Of a DNA stretch of 64,000 bases, positions 60,370-64,000 are shown piece by piece. The stretch spans positions 203,392 to 267,391 of the forward strand of contig NIVC01001569.1 of assembly GCA_002269645.1 (NCBI GenBank). The letters are read 5' to 3'. A program made the translations under genes and the position numbers. The stretch's first letter is position 1. Each line of letters starts with the position of its first letter. Source of the stretch: Macrostomum lignano. Taxonomy: Eukaryota. The notes under the pieces were generated by a model. It ran no database searches and was not told the DNA's origin. It saw nothing but the letters and a program-made list of their open reading frames with translations.

Positions 60370-61600
60370 GAATGGGATCACAAAGTAGATGTTAGAATTA
60401 GATCTCAAAGTAGATGGGAGAATGGGATTATAGAGTGGATGGGAGAATGGGATCACAAAGTAGATGGGAGAATGGGATTATAGAGTGGATGGGAGAATGG
60501 GATCACAAAGTAGATGGGAGAATGGGATTATAGAGTGGATGGGAGAATGGGATCACAAAGTAGATGGGAGAATGGGATTATAGAGTGGATGGGAGAATGG
60601 GATCACAAAGTAGATGGGAGAATGGGATTATAGAGTGGATGGGAGAATGGGATCACAAAGTAGATGGGAGAATGGGATTATAGAGTAGATGGGAGAGTGG
60701 GATCACAAAGTAGATTGCAGAATGGGATCAAAGTGGATAGGAGAATGGGATTATAGAGTGGATGGGAGAATGGGATCACAAAGTAGATAGGAGAATGGGA
60801 TCACAAATTAGATGGAAGAACGGGATCACAAATTAGATGGGAGAAAGGGATCACAAATTAGATGGGAGAATGGGATCACAAATTAGATGGGAGAATGGGA
60901 TCACAAATTAGATGGGAGAATGGGATCACAAATTAGATGGGAGAATGGGATCACAAAGTGGATGGGGGAATGGGATTATAGAGTGGATGGGACAATGGGA
61001 TCACAAATTAGATAGGAGAATGGGATCACAAAGTGGATGGGGGAATGGGATCAGTGGGAGAACGGGATCACAAATTAGATGGGAGAATGGGATCACAAAG
61101 TGGATGGGAGAATGAGATTATAGAGTGGGTGGGACAATGGGATCACAAATTAGATGGGGAAATGGGATCACAAATTAGATGGGAGAATGGGATCACAAAT
61201 TAGATGGGAGAATGGGATCACAAATTAGATGGGATAATGGGATCACAAAGTGGATGGGGGAATGGGATCAGTGGAGAACGGGATCACAAATTAGATGGGA
61301 GAATGGGATCACAAAGTGGATGGGAGAATGAGATTATAGAGTGGGTGGGACAATGGGATCACAAATTAGATGGGGAAATGGGATCACAAATTAGATGGGA
61401 GAATGGGATCACAAATTAGATAGGAGAATGGGATCACAAATTAGATGGGATAATGGGATCACAAAGTGGATGGGGAATGGGATCAGTGGGAGAACGGGAT
61501 CACAAATTAGATGGGAGAATGGGATCACAAAGTATATTGCAGAATGGGATCAAAGTGGATAGGAGAATGGGATTATAGAGTGGATGGGAGAATGGGATCC
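60370..61600. repeat. 25-bp minisatellite between L1-like gene and Patsas-like gene
   Basis: Unit tagatgggagaatgggatcacaaat. Confidence 0.95.
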
Positions 61601-61761
61601 AAGCTCTTGAATTTATGCTTGAGACCAAGCTACAAAATAGGGTTCACGCATATTCATACTAGTGCAGGATCTCACTAGATTCCTGAACGTACATAGCACA
61701 GTTCATTCCGATGCCCGCAGCTGCAGCAAGGGCAGCATCAGCACCCACTCGCTCATCAGTC

Positions 61762-64000
61762 ATGGCCGGCGCCATCATGGACTCATTCTACGAAGTGTAC
61801 AAAACTGCAGCCAACGAGATGGGCCTTCGGGATCGGAATTGGAGGCAGGAGAAATTCTTTCATCCGCCTGGAGTTGCCGATAGTCAGGTTGACCAGGCGG
61901 CCAGCCAGCACGGGCACAGCCACGGCCCCAATGGAGCCTGCCCTTCCACAGCCGGCAACTCCCACAGTCAGCAGCCCCTGCTGCCGCTGCCGCCGCCGCC
62001 GCCGCCAAAGACAATATTCGACGCGGCGAGAAATGACGACATGCAGTTCCTGCGCTCGGCTGCAGTTGACGGCATCGAAGGTCTGGCAGTCAGGGACTCG
62101 TCCGGCCACACGGTGGCTCACTGGGCCTGCCTACACGGTCACCTGGATGTTGTCGCCTACCTAGCGGAGGTCAGCTCCAATAGCAAAGGCGTCATTAACC
62201 TTTGCCATCGTGCTAGCAGTCACGAACTGGCGCAGTACCCGATTCACTGGGCCTGCGTGAACGGTCACGTGCCAGTTGTTGAATTCCTGCTCGACCGCTG
62301 CTCGGTTGATATCGACGTTCGCGATGCCAAAGGCGCCACGCCGCTGATCATCGCCTGCCAATACGGCCAGACTGTGACAGCCGGCTACCTGCTCAGCAGG
62401 GGGGCGAATCGAACCAGCGCCGGCGACAACGAAGGCGACACGCCGTTGCACTGGGCCGCGTTCAAAGGCCAGCCGGACCTCATGCGCCTGCTGGTGTACT
62501 CCGGCTTCAACCCGCACCAGAGGGACGCCTTCGGCCAGACGCCGCTGCACTTGGCCAGCATTGCTGGAAACATTAACGCTGTCAGGGACCTGTGCCGGGT
62601 GGACAAGGTCAGCATGGACTGTCGATCCTCCGCATGCTTTCAACCAACACTCACTGCGAATTTCACTTTCATGACTCCTGAGGTGGATTGGGTGTGACTC
62701 CTGAGGTAGAGGGTGTGTGACTCCTGAGGTGGATTGGTGTGACTTCTGAGGTGGATTAGGTGTGACTCCTGAGGTGGATTGGGTGTGACTCCTGAGGTGG
62801 ATTGGGTGTGACTCCTGAGGTGGATTGGGTGTGACTCCTGAGGTGGATTGGGTGTGACTCCTGAGGTGGATTGGGTGTGACTCCTGAGGTGGATTGGGTG
62901 TGACTCCTGAGGTGGATTGGGTGTGACTCCTGAGGTGGATTGGGTGTGACTCCTGAGGTGGATTGGGTGTGACTCCTGAGGTGGATTGGGTGTGACTCCT
63001 GAGGTGGATTGGGTGTGACTCCTGAGGTGGATTGGTGTGACTCCTGAGGTGGATTGGGTGTGACTCCTGAGGTGGATTAGGGTGTGACACCTGAGGTCGA
63101 TTGGGTGTGACACCTGAGGTGGATGGGTGTTGACATCTGAGGTGAGGGTGTTGACACCTGAGGTGGATTGGGTGTGACCCTGAGGTGGATTGGGTGTGAC
63201 TCCTGAGGTGGATTGGGTGTGACTCCTGAGGTGGATTGGGTGTGACTCCTGAGGTGGATGGGTGTGACACCTGAGGTGGATGGGTGTTGACACCTGAGGT
63301 GGATGGGTGTTGACACCTGAGGTGGAGGGTGTTGACACCTGAGGTGGATGGGTGTTGACACCTGAGGTGGATGGGTGTTGACACCTGAGGTGGATGGGTG
63401 TTGACACCTGAGGTGGATGGGTGTTGACACCTGAGGTGGATGGGTGTTGACACCTGAGGTGGAGGGTGTTGACACCTGAGGTGGATGGGTGTTGACACCT
63501 GAGGTGGATGGGTGTTGACATCTGAGGTGGATGGGTGTTGATACCTGAGGTGGATGGGTGTTGACACCTGAGGTGGATGGGTGTTGACACCTGAGGTGGA
63601 TGGGTGTTGACACCTGAGGTTGATGGGTGTTGACACTGAGGTGGAGGGTGACTCAATCCCCAGCCCGTCCCCATGCTGCCCCGCAGGTTGAGCTGAACGT
63701 GGCGGACAAGAACGGCAAGACGCCGCTGATGCTGGCAGCCGGCCGCAGGCACGATCAGGTTGAGCGCTTCCTCAAGGCGGAGATTCGATCCGAGCCTCCA
63801 TGCTCGGCGCCCGTTTCCGCTGGAGTCACCTGATATTCGGGCCGCCCGGCAACAGCAAAGCTCCCATGCTGTTCCTGCTGTTCTGCATACTGGTTTGGGG
63901 CTATCCGACCTACGTGATCAAAGCCGTGCCGCTCACCTTTCACCTGTTCCCTGGCTGCACTGGGCTTTCCTATTGCTCAACGCGTTGATGTGGTTCGCTT
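61762..64000 (+). CDS. Patsas: Ankyrin-repeat DHHC palmitoyltransferase (Patsas/ZDHHC17-HIP14 family), 5' part; two 1-bp frameshifts in exon 2
   Basis: Exon 61762-62607 (start could be 61711 or 61777) has ankyrin repeats GHTVAHWACLHGH, YPIHWACVNGH, GATPLIIACQYGQ, GDTPLHWAAFKG, GQTPLHLASIAG. Exon from 63687: DKNGKTPLMLAA, then after a frameshift LIFGPPGNSKAPMLFLLFCILVWGYPTY, then after a second frameshift HWAFLLLNALMWF, as in Patsas-type TM segments. The DHHC domain lies beyond the window. Confidence 0.8.
62670..63655. repeat. 23-bp minisatellite, Patsas-like intron 1
   Basis: gggtgtgactcctgaggtggatt grading into gggtgttgacacctgaggtggat. Confidence 0.96.

Noticed and set aside
62161-63636. 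491-aa minus-strand ORF
   Set aside because: Repeat translation plus antisense of the GC-rich ankyrin exon
63786-63960. Programmed ribosomal frameshifting in the Patsas-like gene
   Set aside because: No slippery heptamer or stimulatory structure; simple C-run deletions explain it

Overview
Repeat-rich metazoan genomic DNA. The style (GC-rich exons, minisatellite-filled introns) suggests a flatworm such as Macrostomum, but that is inference. Four spliced protein-coding genes, all on the + strand, can be rebuilt with phase-consistent GT-AG introns: an AP-2/TFAP2 transcription factor (6820-17933), CEP43/FGFR1OP (25780-43314), an L1-family 6xIg+5xFN3 adhesion molecule (45006-59771), and the 5' part of a Patsas/ZDHHC17-type ankyrin palmitoyltransferase (61762 to window end, with two 1-bp frameshifts). 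21 of the 22 introns contain a tandem array, mostly with 19-49 bp units. Six arrays share a TTGGCGC (E2F-like) core, and some arrays have inverted partners that could pair in pre-mRNA. Mobile elements include two complete non-autonomous Helitrons carrying arrays and a tRNA-like module, three hAT MITEs with purine tracts, a rearranged mariner, a self-nested AATT-TSD element, a CCC...GGG TIR element, a Crypton-like remnant and two tRNA-derived SINEs. Nearly all long ORFs in the supplied track are artefacts of the repeats. There is no CRISPR array.
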